Shown in pieces: positions 63,100 through 64,000 of a stretch of 64,000 nucleotides of DNA; the stretch's first letter is position 1; each line of letters starts with the position of its first letter. The notes beneath the pieces were generated by a model that did not search any database, had not been told where the DNA came from, and saw only the letters and a program-made list of their open reading frames with translations. A program made the position numbers and the translations under genes. Origin of the DNA: an uncultured Bacteroidales bacterium (GTDB taxonomy: Bacteria > Bacteroidota > Bacteroidia > Bacteroidales > Bacteroidaceae); assembly GCA_902779165.1 (NCBI GenBank), contig CACZAN010000033.1, positions 23,310 to 87,309 of the forward strand. The letters are read 5' to 3'.

Positions 63100-64000
63100 A
63101 TGCTAACTAAACTCATCATTAAGAACCGGCGCATAGCGCCCGAAGTGCTGCAGCAGCCCGCCGCCTGCCAGCTGCTGCTCTACGCCTTCCAGTTCGCGGA
63201 TCAGGACGGACTGCTCGTACTGAACCTCGCTACGGTCTGCCAGCTGCTGAACATCAGTTACAGCCAGGGGCAGAAGGCAGTCGCGTTCCTCGTTGAACGT
63301 GGCATTTTCGGCAAAATGAGCGGCAGAAAGAAGGAAAATGCAAAGGACTGTGACGTAGAAAGTTACGAGGCAAAGGCAGGCGAAAATACAGAAGTAGTGG
63401 GCGAAAATCGGGAAACTAACCCCGAAGTCATTGCTCCCACTTTCGAGCCCGAAACGGCCGAAGAAGAGAACGAAAAGGAAAGAGAAAGCACTCTTCCCCC
63501 TGCACCCCTAACTCTTAAAGAGAAAGAAAAAGAAAGAGAAGAATTCCAAACTAACTGTCAAAATCGAAAGAAGGAGGAAATGCTTCATCTTGAACCTCTT
63601 ATGCCTCCTGCGGCCTCCAATGAGGCCGAGGAGGGCGCGACCACCGAAGTGGGCGGGGCTGAAACAGAAGTGGAGGCCGCGCGCGAGGTGAGACTGCTTG
63701 ATGTGGCCGAGGCCATTACGACTGCTGAGGCAGTGGTGGTGGACGAGACGCTGGAGCAGTGTACCGACACGGCGGCGCTGGACCGTGAACTCGAAGCCCT
63801 GAGCCACAACCAGGTCTTCCTCAACGCTTTCGCCAATCAGGAGAATCTTACTACCCAGCAGGTCTTCGAGGCGCTGCAGCGGTTCCGTCAGGAGTGTATC
63901 CTCCAGAACAAGCTGCACCACAAGAGCAGGAAGGACCTTCAGGCCCACTTCCTCTGCTGGTATCGAATCACCGTAAAAATCAAGAGCCATGATCAGAGAA
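63100..64000 (+). CDS. Partial ORF (at least 300 codons, open to the window end; not in the supplied ORF track): hypothetical protein with an N-terminal wHTH-like segment and an acidic low-complexity middle
   Basis: My hand translation from the ATG at 63100 found no stop: MLTKLIIKNRRIAPEVLQQPAACQLLLYAFQFADQDGLLVLNLATVCQLLNISYSQGQKAVAFLVERGIF... and ...KDLQAHFLCWYRI. A TAccTTTG box lies at 62970. Confidence 0.5.
   Translation, partial: MLTKLIIKNRRIAPEVLQQPAACQLLLYAFQFADQDGLLVLNLATVCQLLNISYSQGQKAVAFLVERGIFGKMSGRKKENAKDCDVESYEAKAGENTEVVGENRETNPEVIAPTFEPETAEEENEKERESTLPPAPLTLKEKEKEREEFQTNCQNRKKEEMLHLEPLMPPAASNEAEEGATTEVGGAETEVEAAREVRLLDVAEAITTAEAVVVDETLEQCTDTAALDRELEALSHNQVFLNAFANQENLTTQQVFEALQRFRQECILQNKLHHKSRKDLQAHFLCWYRITVKIKSHDQR

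Noticed and set aside
1-64000. tRNA, rRNA, riboswitch or T-box leaders
   Set aside because: I saw no tRNA-like T-arm or acceptor signatures and no rRNA-like stretches. I also saw no recognisable TPP or other riboswitch cores upstream of the thiE-like, his or ser genes. This was a visual scan only, so small RNAs cannot be excluded.

Overview
This is a chromosomal segment of a Prevotella-like Bacteroidota genome. The assignment rests on TAnnTTTG -7 promoter boxes, a T9SS sorting-domain remnant and Bacteroidales-type gene families. Most of the window is housekeeping: serC-serA, a long minus-strand run (maoC-like, dapA, pgm, nudC, two peptidases, thiE-like, prs, hisGDCB), kdsA-kdsD-cls, pgk, nth, murB, pheS, aguBA and apbE. 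Two accessory patches interrupt it. The first is an AbiE toxin-antitoxin remnant at 7.7-9.0 kb. The second is an 11.6 kb island at 28.9-40.6 kb between the convergent cls and TPR genes. It carries a type I R-M system with RhuM, Fic and YhcG-remnant genes embedded between its subunits, and it is bounded by duplicated gene 3' ends and iteron-like arrays. Several defence genes are visibly decayed: an hsdR amber codon, a truncated abiEii, a truncated PIN toxin and two gutted yhcG copies. The most unusual signal is a set of short repeat families that are built into coding sequence. A ~150 bp GC-hairpin MITE-like element supplies the ATG and N-terminal codons of at least five genes. In-frame 9-mer, 15-mer and 24-mer arrays, heptamer arrays that encode a signal peptide, and a second ~190-230 bp MITE family (4 copies) are also present. 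No rRNA, tRNA or CRISPR array was seen. Coordinates I derived by hand for non-CDS features may be off by 1-2 nt. A display versus ORF-track mismatch I could not resolve makes 59.76-60.0 kb the least certain.
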